Below are positions 39,073-50,552 of a stretch of DNA of 64,000 bases, piece by piece. Location: the NCBI GenBank assembly GCA_963721805.1, contig CAVRJY010000005.1:33309-97308 (forward strand), in the 5' to 3' direction. The position numbers and the translations under genes are program-made. How positions within the stretch are numbered: position 1 is the first letter of the stretch; each line of letters begins with the position of its first letter. Source of the stretch: Nitrospirota bacterium (GTDB lineage Bacteria; Nitrospirota; Thermodesulfovibrionia; Thermodesulfovibrionales; JdFR-86). The notes beneath the pieces are model-generated. The model was not told where the DNA came from and made no database searches. It saw nothing but the letters and a program-made list of their open reading frames with translations.

Positions 39073-40191
39073 CTAGTAGAAAAGTTCGAACCGTCTGGTT
39101 CGAACGTTGATTAACAAGGCGGCGGCTATGTAGTTGCCGGCCAGCGCCGTCCCCCCATAGCTCATGAACGGCAGCGGTATGCCCACGACCGGCATCAGCC
39201 CCAGCGTCATCGAGACGTTGATCACGGTATAGAGGAAGAACATGAAGGTGATGCCCGTTGCGAGCATGCGGCCGAAGTCGTCCTTGGCCTTCCCTGCAGT
39301 ATCGAGGCCCCGGTGCAGGAGCGTGAAGTACAGCCCCAGCAGCGCCAGCGAGCCTACCAGCCCCCACTCCTCGGCGAAGATCGAGAAGATGAAGTCCGTG
39401 TGCTTCTCTGGCAGGAACCTAAACGGCCCCTGCGTGCCCTTGAGGTAGCCCTTGCCGAACAGCCCGCCCGAGCCCACCGCGACCTTCGACTGGTTGATGT
39501 GGTAGCTCAGGCCGTCGGGGTCGCTGTCGGGGTCCACGAAGGACAGTATGCGGTTTTTCTGGTAGTCCTTAAGGTGGTCCCAGGCCACGGTGCCCGCGAC
39601 CGGCAGCACGACCAGCGAGACCAGCACGCTCACGATCAGGAGCTTCTTGCCGACGCCCTTGGCGAGCACCATCAGCACGAACATCCCAAGCAGTATCACC
39701 GCGGTGCCGAGGTCCGGCTGCTTGATGATCATCAGCACCGGTACGAGCGTGAAGGACAGAAACGCGGTTATCACCTGCCGGGCCGTAAGCGCCCCCTCTA
39801 TGCCCGAGAGGTAGCGCGAGAGCATCATCAGGTATGCGAGCTTGAAGACCTCGCTCGGCTGGAACTGCACCCCGCCGACGGATATCCACCGCTTGGCCCC
39901 CATGCCGGTATGACCGAGCACGAAGACCAGCGCGAGCAGCACGATGCCCAGGGCGTAGAGGTATGGCGCGGCGCGGTGAAACCAGGTGTAGTCCACGCTC
40001 AGGATCAGCGACATCATCCCCAGCCCGATCAGCAGCCAGTAGGTCTGTCGCACGTAGAACGTGGGCCAGCTGGTATCGAAGAGCGGCCGCGTGGCGCTGA
40101 AGATCGTCATGATCCCGAGCGCGGTGATCGAGAGCACGATGCCGAGCGTCGGCCAGTCCATGTTCGCCAGCAGCCGTCTGTCAATGCGCAC
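39073..40191 (-). CDS. rodA: rod shape-determining protein RodA
   Basis: GAKRWI, QPSE, QPDLGT, PEKHTDFIF, GIPLPFMSYGG. Confidence 0.95.
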   Translation of the reverse strand: MRIDRRLLANMDWPTLGIVLSITALGIMTIFSATRPLFDTSWPTFYVRQTYWLLIGLGMMSLILSVDYTWFHRAAPYLYALGIVLLALVFVLGHTGMGAKRWISVGGVQFQPSEVFKLAYLMMLSRYLSGIEGALTARQVITAFLSFTLVPVLMIIKQPDLGTAVILLGMFVLMVLAKGVGKKLLIVSVLVSLVVLPVAGTVAWDHLKDYQKNRILSFVDPDSDPDGLSYHINQSKVAVGSGGLFGKGYLKGTQGPFRFLPEKHTDFIFSIFAEEWGLVGSLALLGLYFTLLHRGLDTAGKAKDDFGRMLATGITFMFFLYTVINVSMTLGLMPVVGIPLPFMSYGGTALAGNYIAAALLINVRTRRFELFY

Positions 40192-40216
40192 TGTTGGCTC
40201 CGGGAACGTTTAATAA

Positions 40217-40398
40217 GCCGTTGACCTTGGGGTATGGGGTCCAGCGGCGGAGCCGCGACCAACCCCATAAGGTGCGATAAATCGTCTTCAGGCAAGGAAG
40301 GGCGAGGAAAACGTCCGCAAGTGTACTGTGATGTACTCTGGAGGACGGATTTCCGAAGCCCTGACGCAGTATCAAGTGATTTAGCGCGCCTTCAAAAG
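40217..40398 (-). repeat. repeat A copy 14, between mrdA and rodA, flanked by a 16-bp direct repeat
   Basis: AATGCGCACTGTTGGC at 40183-40198 and 40415-40430. Confidence 0.9.
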
Positions 40399-40412
40399 GT
40401 GTGCAAACAGCT

Positions 40413-42191
40413 CTAATGCGCACTGTTGGCCTCCAGGTTGGCGAGGTATGTTTCTATTGCCTTCTTCGCTATGGGCGCGGCGGCCGAGCCGCCGTGGCCT
40501 CCGTGCTCGACGAGCACCGCGCATGCGATCTCCGGGTGCGAGGCCGGGGCATAGGCCACGAACCAGGCGTGGTCCTTAAGCGCGTCCGGCGTTGCGCTCG
40601 CGAGGCGTTTCTTGTTCGCGTTTGAGTATACCTGCGCGGTGCCGGTCTTGCCCGCGATCACGAAATCGTCGGAGTGCGCGGCGTGGGCCGTGCCGCGCGG
40701 GTCGTTGACCACGCCTATGAGCGCGCGCTTTACGAGCTCTATGTTCTCGGGGCTGAGGTCATAGGAGTCCGCCGCGGCGCGCTTTGCCTCATACGGGGCT
40801 ATGCGCTTGAGCGTCGGCTCGTAGAGCCTGCCGTCGGCCGCGACGGTCGCGATCATCCGCGCGAGCTGAAACGGCGTGACCGCGACGTAGCCCTGCCCGA
40901 TTGCGGCGTTGTACGTCTCGCCGAGGTACCAGCTCTCGCCCTTTGTCTTGAGCTTCCACTCCTCGTCCGGTATGAGCCCCGGCCGCTCCATCGCGAGCCC
41001 CAGCGTGCTCGTCGCACCGAGGCCGAGGCGGCGGGCCATCTTCGCTATCGAATCGATCCCGGTCAGCGCGCCGACGGTATAGAAGTACACGTCGCACGAC
41101 TGTATCAGCCCGGCCTCGAACGCGAGCGCGCCGTGGCCGCGCTTCTGCCAGCAGCCGAACCGCCACTTGCCGTACTGCAGGCCGCCGTTGCAGACGACGA
41201 CGCGGCCCGGCGTGACCTTGCCGGACTCCAGCGCTGCCAGCCCTGTGACTATCTTGAAGGTCGAACCCGGCGGGTACTGGCTTTGGAGCGCGCGGTTGAG
41301 CATCGGCTTTTCCGGGTCGTTTATCAGGCGGCCCCAGTCGCCGCTCTTTATCCCGAAGCTGAAGAGGTTCGGGTCGTAAGAGGGCTTGCTCACCATCCCC
41401 AGGATCTCGCCGGTTGAGGGGCGGATTGCGACGAACGCGCCCTTGCGGTCCCCGAAGGACTCCTCGACGGCCTTCATCATCTCGATGTCTATGCTCAGGT
41501 GCAGGCCCTCGCCCTTCCGGGGCGGGGTCTGAGCGATCACGCGTATCTGCTTGCCGAGGGCGTTGACCTCTATCGCGCGCTCCCCGGGCACGCCGCGCAG
41601 GGTCTTGTCATAGAGCTTCTCGACCCCGAACTGCCCGATGAAGGCCTGCATCGGGACGTCGGCGAATTCGGGCAGCTCGGCCTGCTCCGGGGTGATGCGG
41701 CCGAGGTATCCCAGCAGGTGCGCCCCGACCTCGCCGTAGAGGTACTTCCGCGACTTGTCGACCATCACGTTCAGGGCCGGGAAGTCCGAGAGCCGGGCCT
41801 CGACCTTCGAGACCTCCTCGAGGTTCAGGCCCTCGCGGACGATGATCGGGTCAAGCGTATTTCTTGCGCGGTCGGCGCGTTTCTGGAGCCACTGGGGGTC
41901 GAGGCCGAGGAAATCCGCGGCGCGGCCGAGGTCCGTTATGTCGATGAGCTCTGGGTTTAAGGTGATCGAGAACGCGGCCGAGCTCTGGACGAGCGCCTTG
42001 CCCCAGCGGTCGTAGATGATGCCGCGCGGGGCCGGGACCTTCTCGAGCCTCAGGCGGTTTTCAAACGCCATGCGGCTGTATTCGGCGCCCCTGAGTATCT
42101 GCAGGTGCCAGAGCCGTATCGCCAGGATCGAGAAGAATATCCCGATGAAGAAGATGATCGCGAATGAGTTTATGTTGCGTTCAGCTCTCAT
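40413..42191 (-). CDS. mrdA: penicillin-binding protein 2
   Basis: PAPRGIIYDR, PGSTFK (SxxK), SCD, KTGTAQ. Confidence 0.95.
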   Translation of the reverse strand: MRAERNINSFAIIFFIGIFFSILAIRLWHLQILRGAEYSRMAFENRLRLEKVPAPRGIIYDRWGKALVQSSAAFSITLNPELIDITDLGRAADFLGLDPQWLQKRADRARNTLDPIIVREGLNLEEVSKVEARLSDFPALNVMVDKSRKYLYGEVGAHLLGYLGRITPEQAELPEFADVPMQAFIGQFGVEKLYDKTLRGVPGERAIEVNALGKQIRVIAQTPPRKGEGLHLSIDIEMMKAVEESFGDRKGAFVAIRPSTGEILGMVSKPSYDPNLFSFGIKSGDWGRLINDPEKPMLNRALQSQYPPGSTFKIVTGLAALESGKVTPGRVVVCNGGLQYGKWRFGCWQKRGHGALAFEAGLIQSCDVYFYTVGALTGIDSIAKMARRLGLGATSTLGLAMERPGLIPDEEWKLKTKGESWYLGETYNAAIGQGYVAVTPFQLARMIATVAADGRLYEPTLKRIAPYEAKRAAADSYDLSPENIELVKRALIGVVNDPRGTAHAAHSDDFVIAGKTGTAQVYSNANKKRLASATPDALKDHAWFVAYAPASHPEIACAVLVEHGGHGGSAAAPIAKKAIETYLANLEANSAH

Positions 42192-42636
42192 CTGTGGGCT
42201 TTATGAAGTATCCGGCCACGCCGTTTATGGCGGCCTGCGCCGAGATCGAGACTATTGCGTACGTTGCGTCAGGCGCCTTGTTCGTGAAGGCCCAGAGAGC
42301 GCCGTACGAGATGAAGCCGTCAAGCATCGTCACGGCCGATGCCGCGAAGAACCCGAATACCGGGGCCCAGGTGAACAGCCCCCTGTTGACGAACGAGGCG
42401 ACATACCCCGCCGCCGCCTTCCCCGCGATGCTGGGGCCGATAAAGTCCATGGAAAGCCCGTCGACAGCAAGGCCCATCCCGGCGCCGTAAAGCATGCCGG
42501 GGTAGTGGCCGAAGCGCATCCCGACCGTATAGGCCGCGAGCGCGGTCAGGTTCAGCCCGATGCCGAGCGGCCTGTAGCGGGTCTCTATAAACAGCGCGGC
42601 GAAGGTCATGAGGATGAGGCCGGGGGCGCGTTTCAT
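42181..42636 (-). CDS. mreD: rod shape-determining protein MreD
   Basis: Hydrophobic; lies between mreC and mrdA. Confidence 0.75.
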   Translation of the reverse strand: MKRAPGLILMTFAALFIETRYRPLGIGLNLTALAAYTVGMRFGHYPGMLYGAGMGLAVDGLSMDFIGPSIAGKAAAGYVASFVNRGLFTWAPVFGFFAASAVTMLDGFISYGALWAFTNKAPDATYAIVSISAQAAINGVAGYFIKPTDES

Positions 42637-43418
42637 CGTCTGACTACTATGACCTCATCGACCGAGCGGGGGTTGACGTAGGGCTTAAGCTCGACGTACT
42701 GGAAGAATTCGTCCTGCCCTGATGCGGCCACCCCCGAGACCTCCCCAACGGGGATCCCGAACGGAAACAGGGCGTCGAGCCCTGAGGTCACGACTACCTC
42801 GCCGTTTGAGGTCGCGGTGTCGATATCCGCGTACTTAAGCACGCAGCGGCCGCGGCCGTTTCCGGAGAGCACCGCCTCGATGCGCGTGCTCTGGAGCCGC
42901 ACCGCAGCGCCGAAGCGCGGGTCATCGAGCAGCAGCACCACGGATGAGTCGCGTCCGGTCTCCTGGATCTTCCCCAGGAGCCCGCGCGGGGTGATGACGG
43001 CCATGCCCTTCGCCACGCCCTCGGCGGCGCCCTTGTCTATTACGAAGGTGTTGGCCCAGCGGTCGGTGCCGCGCGCCGTAACGCGGGCGGACGCGACGTA
43101 GTTAAACGTGTTGTCCTTGAGTTCGAGCAGGTCGCGGAGGCGCACGTTTTCGGCCTTTATCTCGTTGCCGCGCAGGAGTTCGGCCCGCAGTCGGTCGGCC
43201 TCCGAGCGCGCGGCCTCAAGCTCGCTCTCGCGGCCGAATATGCGCTTGAAGACTCCGCCCACGTAGTCGCCCGCGCCGGTGACCGCCTCGTTGATGGCGG
43301 CAACAGGGGACGAGAGGGCGCTGATCGGTCCGAGCGAGCCCTGCCTGGCCTGGTAGAGCACGGCCGCGGCCGCCGCTACCAGCAGCAGGGCGAAGAGGCG
43401 GGCGTGCTTCGTGCGCAT
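42633..43418 (-). CDS. mreC: rod shape-determining protein MreC
   Basis: EN.RLR.LL, IDKG, VVTSG...FP.GIPVG. Confidence 0.92.
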   Translation of the reverse strand: MRTKHARLFALLLVAAAAAVLYQARQGSLGPISALSSPVAAINEAVTGAGDYVGGVFKRIFGRESELEAARSEADRLRAELLRGNEIKAENVRLRDLLELKDNTFNYVASARVTARGTDRWANTFVIDKGAAEGVAKGMAVITPRGLLGKIQETGRDSSVVLLLDDPRFGAAVRLQSTRIEAVLSGNGRGRCVLKYADIDTATSNGEVVVTSGLDALFPFGIPVGEVSGVAASGQDEFFQYVELKPYVNPRSVDEVIVVRR

Positions 43419-43424
43419 CGCGCC

Positions 43425-44935
<1,511 letters not shown>

Positions 44936-45028
44936 GCCCGTCTCACCCCCCGCAAGCGCGCGCGGGCAGGGGCCATATTATTGTTATACTTAGCGGATGT
45001 CCGATACACGAGGCATAGAGGGGCTCAT

Positions 45029-45766
45029 ATGAGCCGCCGGAGGGGCCGCAAGGGACGGCTCGGGCTGCGCATCGCGCTCTGGCTCGTCGTGCTCATCGCG
45101 CTTGGGGCGGGCGCGCTCATGGTTTACCCGCCTGTCGGGAGGCTCGCCAGGGAGAACCCCGGCAAGACCGCCTTCATGCGCGAGGCCGAGGCAGAGGCCG
45201 CCGCCAAGGGCCGCAAGCTCACGATCTCGCAGCAGTGGGTCACGCTCGGCCGCATATCGCCGTACCTCGTGCGCGCGGTGCTGATAGGCGAGGACGACAA
45301 GTTCTACATGCACGAGGGCTTCGACTTCGAGGCGATGCAGAAGGCCCTTGAGAAGGACGTGCAAGCCGGCAGGCTCAAGGCCGGCGGCAGCACGATCAGC
45401 CAGCAGCTGGCCAAGAACCTATACCTCTCGCGCTCGAAAAACCCTCTCAGGAAATTGCTGGAGGCGGTCATCACGTGGAGGATGGAGCGTTCTTTGACGA
45501 AGCGCCGCATACTGGAGATATACCTAAACGTGATCCAGTGGGGCGACGGGATCTACGGGGCCGAGGCGGCCAGCCGCCACTACTACGGCAAGCACGCCTC
45601 GGAGCTCACGGCGATTGAGGCCGCGCGGCTCGCGGCGGTCATACCCAACCCCATCCGGTTCAACCCGATTGGGCAGTCCAGGTACGTCGAGAACCGCAGC
45701 CGCATCATATACGGCGTGATGCAGCAGCGCGGCATAGTCGACGAGGAGTACGAGGGCGGCGAATAG
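45029..45766 (+). CDS. mtgA: monofunctional peptidoglycan transglycosylase
   Basis: EDDKFY.H.G, GGSTISQQLAKNL, RK..E, LEIYLN. Confidence 0.9.
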   Translation: MSRRRGRKGRLGLRIALWLVVLIALGAGALMVYPPVGRLARENPGKTAFMREAEAEAAAKGRKLTISQQWVTLGRISPYLVRAVLIGEDDKFYMHEGFDFEAMQKALEKDVQAGRLKAGGSTISQQLAKNLYLSRSKNPLRKLLEAVITWRMERSLTKRRILEIYLNVIQWGDGIYGAEAASRHYYGKHASELTAIEAARLAAVIPNPIRFNPIGQSRYVENRSRIIYGVMQQRGIVDEEYEGGE

Positions 45767-45791
45767 CAAATATTTGTTATAATAAACAGTT

Positions 45792-46902
45792 ATGACTAAA
45801 GAGGAAATAAAGCTGCAGGCAGGCCTTCTTAGGGAGCGCACCGATTCCCTAAGAGGGTATCTTTGATCTCCCCACCCTCACGCACAAGCTCGAAGAGATA
45901 GACAAGGCACTCGGGGCCGAGGACACATGGGCCTCGCACGAGCGCGCCACCGAGCTCAACCGCCAGAAGACCCGCATCCAGTCCACGCTCGCGCCGTTTG
46001 AGGCCGCCGACCGGAAGATGACATACATCGAGAGCTCAATCGGGATGCTCGACGAGGAGGGCGGCGAGATGTTCGCCCCCGAGCTCGCGGCAGCGCTTAA
46101 CGAGCTCATCCCTGAACTTGACGGCCTCGAGCTTCGGTGCCTGATGTCCGGCGAGCGCGACATCTCAAACGCGATAGTCACGATACATCCCGGCGCGGGC
46201 GGCACCGAGAGCCAGGACTGGGCCCAGATGCTGATGCGCATGTACCTCAGGTGGGCCGAGACGCACGGCCTCGCAACCGAAATCCTCGACCTCCAGCCGG
46301 GCGACGAGGCCGGGATCAAGAGCGTCACGTTCGAGGTCACCGGGCCGTACGCATACGGCAACCTCAAGACCGAGGCCGGGGTGCACAGGCTCGTGCGCAT
46401 CTCGCCGTTTGACGCGGCGAAGCGCCGCCACACCTCGTTTTCCGCGGTGCTCGTATACCCCGAGGTCGAGGGCGACGTCGAGGTCGAGCTCAGGGACGAG
46501 GACATCAAGATGGACACGTTCCGCGCCTCGGGCGCAGGCGGGCAGCACGTCAACAAGACCTCCTCCGCGGTGCGGCTGACGCACATCCCCTCGGGCGTGA
46601 TCGTGAGCTGCCAGAACGAGCGCTCCCAGCACAGAAACCGCGAAAGCTGCATGAAGATACTGAAGGCCAAGCTCTACGACCTCGGGCTCAAGGAGCGGGA
46701 AAACGAGATGGAGGGCATCGTCGGGGAGAAGAAGAATATCGCCTGGGGCAGCCAGATACGCTCGTACGTCCTGCAGCCCTATCGCATGGCGAAGGACCAT
46801 CGCACGGGAGTCGAGATCGGCAACGTGGACGCGGTACTCGACGGGGCACTCGACCTGTTCATAAAAGCTGCACTGAAAAATAAACTGGGGCGGACGTCTT
46901 AA
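45792..46902 (+). CDS. prfB: peptide chain release factor 2 with programmed +1 frameshift at 45861-45867
   Basis: 24-codon first frame ending AGAGGG TAT CTT TGA T; second frame has SPF and GGQ motifs. Confidence 0.95.
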
Positions 46903-46903
46903 T

Positions 46904-47065
46904 AAAGTCGCGCCAAATCGCTTGATACTGCGTCACGGCTTCAAAGACACGCCCTCTATGTACATCCCAGTACACCATCGGGCGGTCTTCTCGCCCTTCC
47001 TTGTCTGAAGACGATTTCTCGCGCATTAAGTTTATTCTTGCGTAATCGTGCGAGCGGTCAACGGC
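46904..47065 (+). repeat. repeat A copy 15
   Basis: AAAGTCGCGCCAAATCG...GTACATCCCAGTAC...GCGGTCAACGGC. Confidence 0.9.
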
Positions 47066-47142
47066 ATGATTTGAGCGGCCCATCCGCTGCCCCAAAGTAT
47101 GATTAGATTGGATATGTGCCATCACTTGACACTACAAAGTTG

Positions 47143-47921
47143 CTAAATTTTTTGGCCTGTATTAAGCCGGCGCTCTAGAGCCTCAAGGAACTTTATTGAA
47201 GATGCGACATGTGTATAGATTAGTAGACTCTCTTCGTAATTGAGGAAGCTATTGTCATGGGCAAGGCTTTGGTCATTACGTACTTTATTAAAGGCCTCAA
47301 GTGTTGAAATGCTTGATTTTAGGATGCGCTCGGTCATTTCTGACTCCAAATGCCCATGCACCTTTAATGTTTTAACGTACTCGCCAACCAAACTATGCAA
47401 TGGCTTATCTTTGTCTGTGGATATTCCGTGATTTTGGCAAAGTACTCGAAGATACTTAATAGTAAAGGTGTGCAGTCTGTCCAAACCGACCTCTGGCTCG
47501 TGTTTTTCAATGGATTCCCGGACAGCCCTTGCCAACACAGCAAACTCTCGTTCAGGACTATTAGGGGTTAATGTCACAACTTCTGGGATTCCTGCTGCCT
47601 CAGAAAGCCTTGCTAAGGCCCTGCGACAATCATCATACGCTTTTAACATTTCCGCGTTAGCGAACTCTACGGAAACGCACTGCATTAGGTCTGTGAGCAG
47701 TTTGGCAACTACATCGTTTGACTCCCGTGTCCAAAATGCTCTAAGCCGGTTTGCTTTTTGAAACCACTTCCGAAGTTGTACTTCTCGTCTAAGATGCTTA
47801 ACCCAGTACTATCAAAGACAAACTCATCGAATAAGCGAGTTGTAAAATCCAAAACGTAGCCACTTCCCATGCCGAAGAGTGCCTCAAAGTTCCGTTTTTC
47901 AATTTTCGTTAGGTCAGACAT
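47143..47921 (-). CDS. abortive-infection family protein (Abi_C/HEPN-like), frameshifted near 47755-47763
   Basis: N-terminal MGSGYVLDF; SKANRLRAFW restored on removing two homopolymer bases; C-terminal RNDQSLAH. Confidence 0.7.
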
Positions 47922-47975
47922 AGATTCCTGCGCACAAAAATAATTAATAAGTCTGCATCTACCTTAACCTTTTTA

Positions 47976-48030
47976 TATAGCGCGAGATTTCCGAGGCCGT
48001 GACGCAGTATCCAGGAAATCTCGCGCTATA
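47976..48030. repeat. collapsed repeat A derivative forming a perfect 17-bp hairpin (copy 16)
   Basis: TATAGCGCGAGATTTCC-21 nt-GGAAATCTCGCGCTATA; loop contains GTGACGCAGTATC from repeat A. Confidence 0.7.
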
Positions 48031-48037
48031 ATGATTT

Positions 48038-48244
48038 TTACTGCCCTACGGCTGTGAGGTCGAGTTTAAAGAGCGTATTGATCGGGAATTTCTTGCTTGC
48101 TTCGAGGATTTCGATACCCACGAGGTCGTTTTGGGCCGTAGTGTGCAGGGCTACTCCTTCCGCGATCTCGATCGCGCCGTCAGGCTTCTTGGGTGAAAGC
48201 TGTATATATGCCGCATCGGCCTCTTTATCGTACTTAATTTTCAT
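48038..48244 (-). CDS. DUF2283-family protein (putative antitoxin)
   Basis: MKIKYDKEADAAYI...VGIEILEAS. Confidence 0.85.
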   Translation of the reverse strand: MKIKYDKEADAAYIQLSPKKPDGAIEIAEGVALHTTAQNDLVGIEILEASKKFPINTLFKLDLTAVGQ

Positions 48245-48485
48245 TTGCGCCTCCCCAAGCCTTACGCTTAAGCGGATATGCTGTTATTACAAATGTCTCG
48301 CCGCCTGAAAGCTCAAAAACCACCTTCAGCGGGTATCCAGAAAAGCGCTTTCCAAAGCGCTTGATCGCGACTTGTTTGCCCGTTTGAGACTCAAGGAGTT
48401 CAGGCGTGCCTATTGCCTCCGAAACATCATCAGCGGTGATCCCGTATAGTTTCATGTTGCTCCGGGCATGGCGCGACAGTCTCAT
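48234..48485 (-). CDS. DUF4258-family protein (putative RelE-like toxin)
   Basis: SRHA...M...I; LKVV...VITAYP; overlaps the DUF2283 gene. Confidence 0.8.
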   Translation of the reverse strand: MRLSRHARSNMKLYGITADDVSEAIGTPELLESQTGKQVAIKRFGKRFSGYPLKVVFELSGGETFVITAYPLKRKAWGGANEN

Positions 48486-48533
48486 AAATTATTGTACCAG
48501 AATGTGAAAGTGATAAATAGTATATATAACTAA

Positions 48534-48717
48534 GACGTTGACCTTGGGGGCGCGGGGGTCCAGCGGCTGGGCCGCGTCTAACCCCCGAAAGCGCGCCCAA
48601 ATCGGCTTCAGACAAGGCAGGGCGAGAAGACCGCCCGATGGTGTACTGGGATGTACATAGAGGGCGAGTCTTTGAAGCCCAACGCAGTATCAAGCAATTT
48701 GGAGCGCTTTGAAGAAG
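48534..48717 (-). repeat. repeat A copy 17
   Basis: GACGTTGACC...GTACTGGGATGTAC...AATTTGGAGCGCTTT. Confidence 0.9.
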
Positions 48718-48836
48718 GCGAACGCGTGAAGGGGGCAATCGGCCCCCTTCACAATCTATTCATATGTCTCCTGATAGGATATAATTGAAAAATTATGGGA
48801 TATAACATTATTGACTTAATAGGAGGACTCAGGAGA

Positions 48837-50342
48837 ATGAGCAGAAAAAAGGCATTGAGCATCGCGGCCGTCTTCACGGTCGTGGGCTTGATCGTGGGGC
48901 TTGTGCTTTCATCGGACTTCGGGTTTCAGAGCAAGGCCTTCACCGACAGCAACAAAGAGACCGTGAATATGGCCGCGCCGCCGCGTATGTCGCAGGCTGC
49001 AACGGACACGCTTATGAAGTACAGCGACGCGATGGTCGAGCTCGTCGAGGCGGTCAAGCCCTCGGTCGTGAGCGTCATGACCTCGCATAAGGTCGTCACC
49101 GGCGTGGGTATGGAAGGCAACCCGTTTTTGGAGGACCCGTTTTTCCGCCGGTTCTTCGGCGATGATTTCGTGCACCCGGGCGGGGGCCCGCATGAGCGCA
49201 AGGAATCCGCGCTCGGCTCGGGCGTGATCGTCGAGAAGGACGGCTATATCATCACCAACTACCACGTGGTCAAGGACGCCGAGGAGATCAAGGTCACGCT
49301 GGGCGACAAGCGCGAGTTCAAGGGCAAGGTCATCGGCACCGACCCCAAGACGGACGTGGCGGTCGTGAAGATCGAAGCGCGTGACCTGCCCGCTATCAGG
49401 TGGGGCGACTCCGACAAGCTCCGCGTGGGCGAGACGGTGCTCGCGGTCGGGAGCCCCTACGGGCTTTCGCAGACCGTCACGAGCGGCATCGTGAGCGCCA
49501 AGGGCCGCGCCAACGTGAGGATAGCGGACTATGAGGACTTCATCCAGACCGACGCCGCGATCAACCCCGGCAACTCCGGCGGCCCGCTCGTCAACGCCAG
49601 GGGCGAACTCGTCGGGATCAACACCGCGATATTCAGCACCAGCGGCGGGTATCAGGGCATAGGGTTCTCGATCCCGAGCAACATGGTGCGCGTGGTGATG
49701 GACAGCCTCATCAAGGAGGGCAAGGTCACGCGCGGGTGGCTCGGCGTGACGATCCAGCCGCTGTCGAAGGACATGGCCGCGCAGTTCGGGCTAAAGGACC
49801 AGAAGGGCTCGATCGTTAGCGACGTGACCGAGGGCGGCCCGGCCGAGAAGGCGGGGCTCAAGCCCGGCGACATCATCACCGCGTTTGACGGAAAGCCGGT
49901 CGACGACCCCTCGGTGCTGCGCAACATAGTGGCCTCGACCCATCCGGGCGCGAAGCTCAAGATGGAAATCATCCGCAACGGCAAGCCCAAGACGCTCACG
50001 GTCGAGATCGAGGAGCTCAAGGAACCGAAGGCCCCCTCCAGGGTCCAGCAGCAGGGCAAGATCGACAACGTCATGAAGGGCGTCACGGTCCAGAACCTTA
50101 CCCCGGAGCTCAGGGACAAGATGGGCCTCTCCGAGCGGATCCAGGGCGTCGTGATCACGCAGGTCACGGACGAGGTCTCGGATTACCTCAGGCCGGGCGA
50201 CGTCATACTGGAGGTCAACAAGACTGCGGTCACGAACGTGAAGGAATACATGGACGTCGTCACGAGGATCAAGGCAGGCCAGAACATCCTCCTGCGGCTC
50301 GCGCGCGACGGCGGCATAGTCTTCCTCATCATCCCCGGCTAG
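48837..50342 (+). CDS. degP: DegP/HtrA serine protease with two PDZ domains
   Basis: GSGVI, TNYHVV, DVAV, INPGNSGG, RGWLGV. Confidence 0.93.
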   Translation: MSRKKALSIAAVFTVVGLIVGLVLSSDFGFQSKAFTDSNKETVNMAAPPRMSQAATDTLMKYSDAMVELVEAVKPSVVSVMTSHKVVTGVGMEGNPFLEDPFFRRFFGDDFVHPGGGPHERKESALGSGVIVEKDGYIITNYHVVKDAEEIKVTLGDKREFKGKVIGTDPKTDVAVVKIEARDLPAIRWGDSDKLRVGETVLAVGSPYGLSQTVTSGIVSAKGRANVRIADYEDFIQTDAAINPGNSGGPLVNARGELVGINTAIFSTSGGYQGIGFSIPSNMVRVVMDSLIKEGKVTRGWLGVTIQPLSKDMAAQFGLKDQKGSIVSDVTEGGPAEKAGLKPGDIITAFDGKPVDDPSVLRNIVASTHPGAKLKMEIIRNGKPKTLTVEIEELKEPKAPSRVQQQGKIDNVMKGVTVQNLTPELRDKMGLSERIQGVVITQVTDEVSDYLRPGDVILEVNKTAVTNVKEYMDVVTRIKAGQNILLRLARDGGIVFLIIPG

Positions 50343-50552
50343 GGGTGCCACGGGCCCTTTCCTTATAAGGGCAGGACAGCGACAAGACACTCAGGGGGAG
50401 CCCGGCTCCCCCTGGGTTTTGGTGGCAGCGCCCCCAGTCTCCTTGGCTACATGCCATAGGGGACAGGGTGCTAGGGGCGAAGCCCTGAGAAGGGGGCCGT
50501 TCCGCCCCGGAGACGGTTGCCATAGCAAGGGGGTTTTGTGTATAGTCTAATT

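Noticed and set aside
47750..47765. Phase-variable switch in the Abi gene
   Set aside because: The homopolymers are only 3-5 nt, too short for typical phase variation. Error or simple decay is more likely.
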